DNA of 64,000 nucleotides, from the NCBI GenBank assembly GCA_964016885.1, contig OZ024758.1:31806001-31870000 (forward strand), read 5' to 3'. Source of the DNA: Eledone cirrhosa (taxonomy: Eukaryota). Shown here in pieces: positions 40,723-53,617 of this stretch. The notes below the pieces were generated by a model that did not search any database, was not told where the DNA came from, and saw nothing but the letters and a program-made list of their open reading frames with translations. Each line of letters begins with the position of its first letter. Within the stretch, counting starts at the first letter, position 1. Made by a program: the position numbers and the translations under genes.

Positions 40723-41147
40723 AGTTATCATTATTTTCATAATTGTACAAATATGCAACTTAACACTATTCTGCATATCTGCAATTAATGCTGAAACTGG
40801 TATTGTAAATAAATTAATGCTTTGAAATTTCACTAAAAATATCTCTTCAACATTTTTTACAGAAAAAACCCTTTTTCCTTTCTACTATTTATTTTTTTAT
40901 ATATATCAACTCGTGTGTTACCTTTCTACATTCGATATATATATATAAAAGAGAAAACACAGGTAAGCCTTAAGAGAAGGATTTTATCCAGGTATTCACA
41001 ACTGTTTCATTGGTAAGTGCAACCTTATATTGCTATACTGCAAATAGCAGCCACTCAATTATAATTGTTGTTCACAGTCCAAATTTTCAAAATAGTACTA
41101 TATAAATACTATATATAGAACTATATATATATATATATAAATATATA

Positions 41148-41757
41148 CATGGTGGCTGCCAACTCGTTTTCGAGTACGGCCACTACTTTATATCCATGTA
41201 GGAGAACCCCTACCAATGCGCTGAAGGAGTGTGACTTTTTAGTCCAGCCAGCGACTTGAAAACTCTGGTACAAACACTACACTTGTCACAATTATTGACA
41301 CATAGTGCTGGGCCCATGGTACCATGTGATGACAAGTGCAGAGAGATCTCCAGATATAAAGCAATGCCTGCGCCGTGAAGCTTTTATAGTGAGCAAAGGC
41401 ACTGCACAAAGCCAGTCCCACTCTCTTAACTAAGATGATATTTACCAAAAAGAAGAACAAGTCAACATCATTGGATACCATCAGGGTTGCAGGTGTTATA
41501 TCAGAGTTTTCCTTCTCCTAGAATTCTGCCTTGACAAAGGCTAAGGGGTCATCTCTCCCGGTGATTTTGGATGGCCATTGACTCTTAAGAGCTCCTTGGC
41601 CCTTTGACAGGTTGTTTTTAGTCCTGCAGGATGTCCAAAGTCACCCTCCTCACCAAAAACCTTGGTGGGGTTGCTAGTTTAGTCGCCAACGACCCGACCA
41701 TGAGACAGGTTGTACTGGGATACATGTTACCAGTAGCACCAGCTGGTGACCTGACAT
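41148..41757 (-). mobile_element. Bipartite non-autonomous RTE derivative (~610 bp)
   Basis: The 5' part is similar to the 5' UTR of the RTE at 57290-57520 (ccttctcctagaa, tcccactctct, caacatcat). The 3' part has a decayed last zinc finger and the RTE terminal hairpin (ggctgcc..ctcgtt.tcgagta.ggcca). Confidence 0.85.
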
Positions 41758-42380
41758 AAATATATATATATATACATATATACATACACACATAAACGTA
41801 AGTTTGTGTCCCTGAGCAAGACACTCTGTAATTCAAAGGACCAGTCTTGTTACCTACTGTCTCATGCTGAATATCCATGAGAATTACATTAAGGGTGCAC
41901 ATAAATGTGGAATATTCAGCCACTTGTACATCAATTTCATGAGCTGGCTGTTCCTTTGTTTAACCCTTTAGTATTTAAACTGGCTGGATCCGGCCAGAAT
42001 TCTTTCCCCTTTTTGAAACCGGCTGTAACCAGCAGCTCACACTGACGTCAAGATATTGTTTTCTACTATAATGATTTCTACTATAGGCACACAGTAATTT
42101 TTGCAGAGAGGAAAGTCGATTAAATTGACATCAAAATCTCGTAAACTTGAGATTATGAGATAATTATGTGAAATAAAGCCTTTACCATGAATGTGCAATA
42201 GTAAATATAGAGTAATGTAAATTCTAAAGGGTTAAACAACTGGAATACTTGTCATTGGAACTGATGGAGATCTAATGTACAATGGCTGACTAAATATGCA
42301 CGTGTTTTTTAAAATTATTTTTCCCGTTCCTTCCTTTTCTCACTTTTTATCTTTCTAGTTTATCTTCTATTTCTAACTCT

Positions 42381-42417
42381 ATCTTCTGATGAAGGACTAG
42401 TGTCCAAAACATTAAGA
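42381..42417 (+). other. Decayed minimal hammerhead ribozyme (PLE type)
   Basis: tct-t-CTGATGA-a-ggac tagt gtcc-aAAAC-atta-aga; CGAAACG appears to have become CAAAACA. Confidence 0.55.
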
Positions 42418-42661
42418 CTCTTTTCCTACTATTTCAAGCATTAAACTAATATATTTCTTCAATGTACTGTATCATTTGCTTTGTTATTTCTGTTTATGTT
42501 TTATATATATATATATATTTAGTGATTGTAATGTCCAGATAGTGTGAGTTCACCAAAGTGAGCACTCGATGCGTAGTTTCCAGTAGTTTCCATATTGATG
42601 TACAAAGCAGAGTGTAATATTAATAATAATAATAAAAAGGAGGAAGTGTTAGGTCTTCATT

Positions 42662-42713
42662 TCATTTATTGAGGTTTTGAAAAAGTATACTTTTTCAAAA
42701 CCTCAATAAATGA
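42662..42713. repeat. Perfect 52-bp palindrome
   Basis: tcatttattgaggttttgaaaaagta|tactttttcaaaacctcaataaatga. Confidence 0.95.
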
Positions 42714-42891
42714 GAATCGTTCTGTCGTTACCATAACAGTAGTTCAACAAGCTTTTGATTCCAGAGTCTGACCAGATCAATACAGATTGAGCCATGAGCT
42801 GATCAATTGTGAAACATGTGTCTCACCTCAATAACTGTAATGAAGATTTAATACTTTGTCCTTTTTATTATTATTAATTATATATATATAT

Positions 42892-43228
42892 GGAGGCACA
42901 TGGCTTAGTGGTTAGAGCATTGGCGTTGCAATCGAAAGGTTGTGAGTTCAATTCTCAGACCGGGTGATGTGTTGTTTCCTTGAGCAAGACACTTTATTTC
43001 ACATTGCTCCAGTTTACTCAGCTGTAGAAATGAGATGATAGGGACTGGGTTCCCTATCATTCCACTATAAAGTGGTCGTGGAGGTGCCATGGCAAAAAAA
43101 GCACCCAGCACTCACTGTAAATGAGGTTGGTGTTAGGAAGGGCATCCAGCTGTAGAAATCAAGCCAGAATCAGTTTCCGTCCCACCCTTGCAAGCAGGGC
43201 AAAGCGGACGTAAAATGAAATGATGATA
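42892..43228 (+). mobile_element. SINE family 2, full length (tRNA head, CORE-like body, RTE-like tail)
   Basis: A box tggcttagtgg, B box gagttcaattc, tail gcggacgtaaaatgaaatgatgat. Confidence 0.85.
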
Positions 43229-43479
43229 TATGTATGATGATGATGATATGTATATATATCAAAGGTATATATTGAGTTAGAAACTCAAAATAGTCTCTTA
43301 CAATAGAATAGCTCAAGGAAAGAGATTTTTCCAAGCCATATATTATAACTGAATATAAAAGAGAGATAAACACAGATATATACATATATGTGTTCAAATT
43401 GTAAGGGACCGAATTCACTAGGGTGAAAAAGAATAAACCAAGAAAATAAATACAAACCGGAATTGTGGTAACTTCCAAT

Positions 43480-43557
43480 CACCTAGACAGCTTTGGTAAT
43501 GCTGTTTTGCAAAATCAATTGTGAAGAGGAATACCAATTCTTGCTCATCAGTGGGTG
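43480..43557 (-). other. Type I hammerhead ribozyme remnant (G12 to A)
   Basis: Minus strand: cacc-ca-CTGATGA-gcaa...ttgc-aAAA-cagc(loop)gctg-TC-ta-ggtg; all three stems are present. Confidence 0.65.
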
Positions 43558-43764
43558 AAGAATTATTAGTATCCTGGTCACTTCTAAGTATATTAAAAAA
43601 CTGAATAGTGTGCTATATATAATAACGCACATGGTATCTGAACTTAGCATGTCTCACAAACTCACACCACTAAAAATCTGGTCCCTTACGATTTGAACAC
43701 ATATGTATATACCTGTGTTTGTCCTTTTATATTCAATTATAATTATATATATATATATATATAT

Positions 43765-43853
<89 letters not shown>

Positions 43854-43965
43854 TATGATAATAATGGAGCTGCGTGTTGCAAATGGGATACATATGAAAA
43901 AGTAAGTCCTTCATCAGTGACCCTCCAACCGTCCCAGGCATTTCATCGCTTTAAGGGCCACATGT

Positions 43966-44016
<51 letters not shown>

Positions 44017-44084
44017 TACATATATATAGAAGATCCCGTTAAGGGTGAAAGCAGCGATATTTTAATAAATATATCTGGGAGAAG

Positions 44085-44393
44085 CTGGGTTTAAGAGGCA
44101 GGAGAGATTATTGCATTGGTACGGACATGTGATGTGCAGGGGTGATGATCAATGGGTGAAGAAGTGCCAGGAAATTGCAGTAAAGGGGAGCCACAGTAGA
44201 AGTAGACCAACAAAGACCTGGGCTGAAGTGGTGAGAGTTGACCTCAATTCGTTGAGACTCAGAGGAGATGACAAATGAACATATCGAGTGGAAAGATGTC
44301 GTGTTGAGAAGGACCAGACCAATCCATGCAAGCGGTGGGTGGGGGTGGGGGGTGGACATAAAAACGATGATGAGGATGATGATGATGATGATG
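44085..44393 (+). mobile_element. 3' fragment of a second RTE LINE family
   Basis: Translates LHWYGHVM...WVKKC...SRPTKTWAEVVRVDL. (GAT)n tail shared with SINE family 2. Confidence 0.8.
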
Positions 44394-44704
44394 TAATGCA
44401 CAGTAAATTATACCATGCATTACATAATTTCTATTAAATTTTATTTCATAAAAATTAAATTTAAAAAAAAAAGCATTTTGTAAAACAATACAATTTATTA
44501 CTATCATAATAATTATAATAATAATAATAATAATCATGATAATAATAATAATAATAATTATTACCATTATTATTTATTTTTGTATCTGCCATGATACTTT
44601 CCTCGCTGTTTACCAGATAACTGGAACTAGGAGAAGGGAAACAATGTATTAGGAGAGAGGGGAATGTGGAATGGTCAAATAACCCAACATTATTTCAAAT
44701 AAAA

Positions 44705-44810
44705 AATCCCGCTGAGGTTGACTTTGCCTTTCATCCTTACGGGGTCGATAAAATAAAGTACCAGTAATACACTGAGTAATTGCTGGCCTTGTGCCAAAAA
44801 GTAGAAACAA
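44705..44810 (+). mobile_element. SINE family 1, 5' truncated
   Basis: Central domain; flanking direct repeat attatttcaaataaaaaa. Confidence 0.8.
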
Positions 44811-45037
44811 TTATTTCAAATAAAAAAATGTAAAAAATAAAAAAAGTAATCTAATTTGTAAATTACTGAAAGTAAAGATGGATATAGTATTAACCCTGCA
44901 CTCAACACCCACATCACCCCTCACTTGGCCCTACTCTTGAAATTGTATCTATGTTCAGATTTCCATTTAATATATTAAAATATCCCTAGTATAAAAATAA
45001 ATTAATATTAATGAAAAGGGTAAACTTTATATATATA

Positions 45038-45078
<41 letters not shown>

Positions 45079-45088
45079 GTGTATGTAT

Positions 45089-45738
45089 ATATACAGACGT
45101 ACAGTAGTATGTATATATATATACATACATGCACACATATATATATGTACGTATGGATTCACCGAACATTTATTATAATGTTCGGTGTGTTTGTAAACAA
45201 ACATCCCGTATTAAGCCGTAGTGTCTAGCAACCATCGTTGCTCGTTTGTTCAACACTGACAAAAGAACGCTGTACTAGTTTCAAGCTTATTAGCTATCGT
45301 CAGCAACGTATACCTTCCTGCCATATTGTTGAACGTATATACTTACCTTATGCATATTAACGGCTACTCAGCCGTTAATATGCATAAGGTAAGTATATAC
45401 GTTCAACAATATGGCAGGAAGGTATACGTTGCTGACGATAGCTAATAAGATTGAAACTAGTGCCGTTAATATGCATAAGGTAAGTATATACTTTCAACAA
45501 TATGGCAGGAAGGTATACGTTGCTGACGATAGCTAATAAGCTTGAAACTAGTACAGCGTTCCTTTGTCAGTGTTGAACAAACGAGCAACGATGGTTGCTA
45601 GACACTACGGCTTAATACGGGATGTTTGTTTACAAACACACCGAGCATTATAATAAATGTTCGGTGAATCCATACGTACATATATATATGTGTGCATGTA
45701 TGTATATATATATATACATACTACTGTACGTCTGTATA
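45089..45738. repeat. Near-perfect palindrome (~277-bp arms, 4-nt loop at 45366-45369) with a 91-bp tandem duplication in the right arm
   Basis: Direct reverse-complement comparison; 45371-45461 is repeated at 45462-45552. Confidence 0.92.
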
Positions 45739-45961
45739 CATATATGTATGTATGTACGTGTACGTACTTATATTTAAGTAACAGCCGTACTAAGAGTGGG
45801 AAATGAAATTTCGTTTCATTTTTTCCGTTTATATATATATATATATATGTATATATATCAAATATATATATATAGTAATAATAATAAATGTGAAGACTAA
45901 AATCCAAAGAGGGCTCGATAAGGATAAATATATATCAAATATATAAGAACTATAGACCAAA

Positions 45962-46049
45962 TATTTATTAAAATAACAGATTAAAGTTTAAGCAAAGGGC
46001 GAAAGCAGCGATTCTTTGCTTAAACTTTAATCTGTTATTTTAATAAATA
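45962..46049. repeat. 36-bp-arm inverted repeat with a 16-nt spacer
   Basis: tatttattaaaataacagattaaagtttaagcaaag / ctttgcttaaactttaatctgttattttaataaata. Confidence 0.9.
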
Positions 46050-46185
46050 CATATATATATATATATAACGAAGGAGGTGTGGTAAGGAACCAGATAGACC
46101 ATAACGCACCAGAGTACTCAATACTTAGAGTAGTAGAAATAGCCGTTGAAACGGCTTGAGCTCTGCCGTTGGGGTCAAACTTTTT

Positions 46186-46779
<594 letters not shown>

Positions 46780-46998
46780 AATAAGAAACATTCAAAGAGT
46801 CGTTATGCTGTGGAACTAACATGTTTCAACTGCTAGAGGCTCATCCCAAGGATGTGAGATTCTAAAATCAGATTTTAGAATTTTCTTAAGAAGAAAGAAT
46901 CTTTATATAAAGTTCCATTTTATACTTTGACCATCGCGAATAGGCTCAAAATTGGTACCAGTTTATACACATAGGATATGTGTGTGTGTGTGTGTATG

Positions 46999-47048
<50 letters not shown>

Positions 47049-47100
47049 CACATATATACATACACATATGCTTGTGTGTGTGTGTGTGTATATATATATA

Positions 47101-47428
47101 TAGTGGTTAGAGCATTGGCCTTGCAATCGAAAGGTTGTGAGTTCAATTCTCAGACGGGGTGATGTGTTGTTTCCTTGAGCAAGACACTTTATTTCACATT
47201 GCTCCAGTTTACTCAGCTGTAGAAATGAGATGATAGAGACTGGAGTCCCTATCATTCCACTGTAAAGTGGTCGTGTAGGCGCCACAGCAAAAAAGCACCC
47301 AGCCCACACTGTAAATGAGGTTGGTGTTAGGAAGGGCATCCAGCTGTAGAAATCAAGCCAGAATCAGTTCCCATCCCACCCTTGCAAGCAGGGAAAAGTG
47401 GACGTAAAATGAAATGATGATGATGATG
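47101..47428 (+). mobile_element. SINE family 2
   Basis: Highly similar to 42892-43228. Confidence 0.85.
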
Positions 47429-47490
47429 TTGATATATATATATATATATATACATATACATACACATATATGTTTGTGTGTGTGTGTATG

Positions 47491-47536
<46 letters not shown>

Positions 47537-47567
47537 TACATTTACATACATACACTCACACGCATAC

Positions 47568-47638
<71 letters not shown>

Positions 47639-47727
47639 CATACATGTATATATATACATATACATATACATATCTACACACACACACATATATATATATG
47701 TAAAGTGATCCTATGTAATTTGAATCT

Positions 47728-47892
47728 TCATTGTTTGAAGCCATCTAATGATCTAAAATGGTTTAGAACTCCCGAAGACTTCTTCTCAGCAACTTCTTCA
47801 GGCAATTCCTTATCAAGAACATTTAACCGCAACTTTGTTATATCTTCTTGGAAGAATTCAACACTTCCCCTCCCTAACACTAACAACATTTC
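47728..47892 (-). CDS. Putative terminal coding exon ([54 protein letters not shown]) of a small secreted protein
   Basis: Complex-sequence island among microsatellites; T-tract plus tcag acceptor; 54 open codons to TGA, phase 0. Confidence 0.4.
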   Translation of the reverse strand, partial: EMLLVLGRGSVEFFQEDITKLRLNVLDKELPEEVAEKKSSGVLNHFRSLDGFKQ

Positions 47893-48293
47893 CTGATAAT
47901 ACTTTAAAAAAAAAAAAATTCTCGAATTATAAATATAAATGAAATAAAAACAAAACTACCCTCCCTCTGTCCCCACCCACAACCAATAAATAAATATATA
48001 AATATATGAAGACAAGTAAGAGGAAAAAAAACAAAAAACAGACTGGACACGATGGATATGTTTCACAAATGTTAATGTGTAAGGTGTATATGTTGATATC
48101 TGAGAGAACAATGAGTTTCCCACATGTTAGAATATATTGTGTGAGTGTGTAACTAAGGGGGAAAAATACAGAATGTGTGTGTGTGTGAGAAGGAAATTGT
48201 ATGTGTATGTGAGTGTATATATATATATATATATACATGATATATAAACATCATATACATGATATATAAACATCATATACATGATATATAAAC

Positions 48294-48456
48294 ATTCTGA
48301 CGCAATGCTTTGCAAGCAAAGAGTTACGGCCCTTTATGTTCTGAGTTCAAATCCCGCCGAGGTTTACTTTGTCTTTCATCCTTACGGGGTCGATAAAATA
48401 AAGTACCAGTAATACACTGGGATAATTGCTGGCCTTGTGCCAACAGTAGAAACAAT
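48294..48456 (+). mobile_element. SINE family 1
   Basis: B box, central domain, tail. Confidence 0.82.
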
Positions 48457-48569
<113 letters not shown>

Positions 48570-48646
48570 ACGAAGGAAATGTGGTAAGGAACCAGGTGGA
48601 CCATAACGCACCAAAGTACTCAATACTTAGGGTAGTAGAGTGGGTA

Positions 48647-48762
48647 ATAGGAACGAGTAGGACCCCGATGGCTGAGCTGAAGCCGTTTCAACGGCTAATT
48701 CTGTCTCATCCAGAATTAGCCGTAGAAACAGCTTGAGCTCAGCCGTCGGGGTCCTACTCGTT

Positions 48763-48766
<4 letters not shown>
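48647..48766. repeat. ~56-bp-arm hairpin in a short (TA)n-embedded repeat related to 46067-46188
   Basis: ataggaacgagtaggacccc ... ggggtcctactcgttcctat; shared taacgaagga..tgtggtaaggaaccag start. Confidence 0.8.
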
Positions 48767-48797
<31 letters not shown>

Positions 48798-48865
48798 GTG
48801 TGTGTGTGTGTATGTATGCACGTGTGTGTGTAAAAACAAAACAATGTATATGCTTGACTGTAAAT

Positions 48866-49054
48866 AATTGTTTCTACGTTTGGCACAAGGCCAGCAAATA
48901 CCCAGTGCATTACTGGTACTTTATTTTATTGACCCTGTAAGGATGAAAGACAAAGTTAACCTCGGTGGGATTTGAACTCAGAATGGCAAGGGCCGTAACT
49001 CTATGCGTCAAAGCACGGCGTCCGACTCTCTACTGATACTGCCAATCCACCGCC
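48866..49054 (-). mobile_element. SINE family 1, full length
   Basis: Minus-strand ggcggtggattggcagtatcag head, B box and tail. Confidence 0.85.
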
Positions 49055-49097
49055 ACCGATTCTGAAATAATGATGATCTCTTACTTGAACACAAAAG

Positions 49098-50649
49098 CTT
49101 ATATAAAGGAGAGTGGGGGGAGGAGACAGTCATTGTCTTATATAAAGGAGAGTGGGGGGAGGAGACAGTCATTGTCTTATATAAAGGAGAGTGGGGGGAG
49201 GAGACAGTCATTGTCTTATATAAAGGAGAGTGGGGGGAGGAGACAGTCATTGTCTTATATAAAGGAGAGTGGGGGGAGGAGACAGTCATTGTCTTATATA
49301 AAGGAGAGTGGGGGGAGGAGACAGTCATTGTCTTATATAAAGGAGAGTGAGGGGAGGAGACAGTCATTGTCTTATATAAAGGAGAGTGGGGGGAGGAGAC
49401 AGTCATTGTCTTATATAAAGGAGAGTGGGGGGAGGAGACAGTCATTGTCTTATATAAAGGAGAGTGGGGGGAGGAGACAGTCATTGTCTTATATAAAGGA
49501 GAGTGAGGGGAGGAGACAGTCATTGTCTTATATAAAGGAGAGTGGGGGAGGAGACAGTCATTGTCTTATATAAAGGAGAGTGTGAGGAGGAGACAGTCAT
49601 TGTCTTATATAAAGGAGAGTGAGGGGAGGAGACAGTCATTGTCTTATATAAAGGAGAGTGAGGGGAGGAGACAGTTATTGTCTTATATAAAGGAGAGTGA
49701 GGGGAGGAGACAGTCATTGTCTTATATAAAGGAGAGTGAGGGGAGGAGACAGTCATTGTCTTATATAAAGGAGAGTGAGGGGAGGAGACAGTCATTGTCT
49801 TATATAAAGGAGAGTGAGGGGAGGAGACAGTCATTGTCTTATATAAAGGAGAGTGAGGGGAGGAGACAGTCATTGTCTTATATAAAGGAGAGTGAGGGGA
49901 GGAGACAGTCATTGTCTTATATAAAGGAGAGTGAGGGGAGGAGACAGTCATTGTCTTATATAAAGGAGAGTGAGGGGAGGAGACAGTCATTGTCTTATAT
50001 AAAGGAGAGTGAGGGGAGGAGACAGTCATTGTCCTTATATAAAGGAGAGTGAGGGGAGGAGACAGTCATTGTCTTATATAAAGAGAGTGAGGGGAGGAGA
50101 CAGTCATTGTCTTATATAAAGGAGAGTGAGAGGAGGAGACAGTCATTGTCTTATATAAAGGAGAGTGAGGGGAGGAGACAGTCATTGTCTTATATAAAGG
50201 AGCAGTGAGGGGAGGAGACAGTCATTGTCTTATATAAAGGAGAGTGAGGGGAGGAGACAGTCATTGTCTTATATAAAGGAGAGTGAGGGGAGGAGACAGT
50301 CATTGTCTTATATAAAGGAGAGTGAGGGGAGGAGACAGTCATTGTCTTATATAAAGGAGAGTGAGGGGAGGAGACAGTCATTGTCTTATATAAAGGAGAG
50401 TGAGGGGAGGAGACAGTCATTGTCTTATATAAAGGGCAGTGAGGGGAGGAGACAGTCATTGTCTTATATAAAGGAGAGTGAGGGGAGGAGACAGTCATTG
50501 TCTTATATAAAGGAGAGTGAGGGGAGGAGACAGTCATTGTCTTATATAAAGGAGAGTGAGGGGAGGAGACAGTCATTGTCTTATATAAAGGAGAGTGAGG
50601 GGAGGAGACAGTCATTGTCTTATATAAAGGGCAGTGAGGGGAGGAGACA
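49098..50649. repeat. 39-bp minisatellite (~40 copies) running into an assembly gap
   Basis: Unit cttatataaaggagagtg(g/a)ggggaggagacagtcattgt. Confidence 0.97.
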
Positions 50650-50849
50650 NNNNNNNNNNNNNNNNNNNNNNNNNNNNNNNNNNNNNNNNNNNNNNNNNNN
50701 NNNNNNNNNNNNNNNNNNNNNNNNNNNNNNNNNNNNNNNNNNNNNNNNNNNNNNNNNNNNNNNNNNNNNNNNNNNNNNNNNNNNNNNNNNNNNNNNNNNN
50801 NNNNNNNNNNNNNNNNNNNNNNNNNNNNNNNNNNNNNNNNNNNNNNNNN
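50650..50849. other. Assembly gap (200 N)
   Basis: Run of N. Confidence 1.
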
Positions 50850-51097
50850 CCTTCTCCTAGAATTCTGCCTTGACAAAGGCTAAGGGGTCATCTCTCCTGG
50901 TGATTTTGGATGGCCATTGACTCTTAAGAGCTCCTTTGCCCTTTGACAGGTTTTGTTTTTAGTCCTGCAGGATGTCCAAAGTCACTCTCCTCACCAAGAA
51001 ACCTTGGTGGGGTTGCCAGTTTAGTCGCCAACGACCCGACCATGGGACAGGTTGTACTGGGATACATGTTACCAGTAGCACCAACTGGTGACCTGAC
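50850..51097 (-). mobile_element. Bipartite RTE derivative, 5' half
   Basis: Matches 41511-41757. Confidence 0.82.
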
Positions 51098-51123
51098 ATA
51101 TATATATATACATATATATATAC

Positions 51124-51154
<31 letters not shown>

Positions 51155-51197
51155 CATATATACATACATACATATACATATATATATACATATATAT

Positions 51198-51236
<39 letters not shown>

Positions 51237-51551
51237 CATATATATACATATAATTGTATATATATATACCCATATGTATATACATATATACATATAATTG
51301 TATATATATATACCCATATGTATATATATATATACATATAATTGTATATATATATACCCACATGTATATATATATATATACACACATGTACATACAAACT
51401 CAATTATATTTACATATATATATATATATATATATATATAGGAACCAGTAAGACCCCGACATATATACATACATATATATATACATACATATATACATAC
51501 ATATATACATACATATATACATACATACATATATACATACATACATATATA

Positions 51552-51926
51552 CATGGTGGCTGCCAACTCGTTTTCGAGTACGGCCACTACTTTATATCCA
51601 TGTAGGAGAACCCCTACCGATGCGCTGAACGAGTGTGACATTTTAGTCCTGCCAGCGACTTGAAAACTCTGGTACAAACACTATACTTGTGACAATCATT
51701 GACACATAGTGCTGGGCCCATGGCACCATGTGATGACAAGTGCAGAGGGATCTCCAGATATAAAGCAATGCCTGTGCCGTGAAGCTTTTATAGTGAGCAA
51801 AGGCACTGCACAAAGCCAGTCCCACTCTCTTAACCAAGATGATATTTACCAAAAAGAAGAACAAGTCAACATCATTGGATACCATCAGGGTTGCAGGTGT
51901 TATATCAGAGTTTTCCTTCTCCTAGA
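51552..51926 (-). mobile_element. Bipartite RTE derivative, 3' half (5' truncated)
   Basis: Matches 41148-41524; (CATA)n tail. Confidence 0.82.
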
Positions 51927-52034
51927 ATACATACATACATACATACATGCATGCATACATACATACATACATACATACATACATACATACATACATACAT
52001 ACATACATACATACATACATACATACATACATAC

Positions 52035-52073
52035 ATGATGGCTGCCCCCTCGTTATCGAGTATGGCCATTGCA
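52035..52073 (-). mobile_element. Extreme 3' end of the RTE element (very short 5'-truncated copy)
   Basis: atgatggctgccccctcgttatcgagtatggccattgcac is identical to 53413-53452; preceded by (CATA)n. Confidence 0.8.
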
Positions 52074-52156
52074 CGAGAAGAAAAAAAAAAAAAAATAAAT
52101 AAAAAATAATAATATTTATTTATTATTATTATTATTATTTTATTTTATTTTATTTT

Positions 52157-52195
52157 TTACATATATACATACATATATATATACATACATATACA

Positions 52196-52235
<40 letters not shown>

Positions 52236-53229
52236 CATACATATATACATACATACATATATACATACATACATATATACATACATATATACATACATAC
52301 ATATATACATACATATATACATACATACATATATACATACATACATATATACATACATACATATATATATACATACATATATACATACATACATATATAT
52401 ATACATACATATATATATACATACATACATATATACATACATACATATATACATACATACATACATATATACATACATATATATATACATACATATATAT
52501 ATACATACATATATACATACATACATATATACATACATATATACATACATATATACATACATATATACATACATACATATATATATACATACATATATAT
52601 ATACATATATATATACATACATATATATATACATATATATATACATACATATATATATACATACATACATATATACATACATATATATATACATACATAT
52701 ATACATACATACATATATATATACATACATATATATATACATACATACATACATATATACATACATACATACATATATACATACATACATATATACATAC
52801 ATATATATATACATACATACATATATACATACATACATATATACATACATATATATATACATACATATATATATACATACATATATATATACATACATAT
52901 ATATATACATACATATATATATACATACATATATATATACATACATATATATATACATACATATATATATACATACATATATATATACATACATATATAT
53001 ATACATACATATATATATACATACATATATATATACATACATATATATATACATACATATATATATATACATATATATATATACATATACATACATATAT
53101 ATATATACATATATATATACATACATATATATATACATACATATATATATACATACATATATATATACATACATATATATATACATACATACATATATAT
53201 ATACATACATACATATATATATACATACA

Positions 53230-53261
<32 letters not shown>

Positions 53262-53279
53262 CATATATATATACATACA

Positions 53280-53311
<32 letters not shown>

Positions 53312-53412
53312 CATATATACATACATATATACATACATATATATATACATACATATATATATACATACATATATACATACATATATACATACATATATAC
53401 ATACATATATAT
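52157..53412. repeat. ~1.25-kb compound (CATA)/(TA) microsatellite abutting the RTE 3' end
   Basis: Direct inspection. Confidence 0.95.
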
Positions 53413-53579
53413 ATGATGGCTGCCCCCTCGTTATCGAGTATGGCCATTGCACAATAAAAAAAAAAAAAAAAAAATAATAATAATAATAATAATAATAATA
53501 GCAATAATAATAATAACGACAACAACAATAATAATATACATATTCATATATATATACACACACACGCACGCACATAAGC

Positions 53580-53617
<38 letters not shown>

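Noticed and set aside
48670-48715. Hammerhead-like ctggatgag...gaaac on the minus strand
   Set aside because: Extra base in the CUGAUGA core and no proper stem III/NUH site.
49008-50876. Repetitive ORFs or a CRISPR-like array in the 39-bp repeat
   Set aside because: Contiguous units with no unique spacers and no cas genes. ORFs arise because 39 is a multiple of 3.
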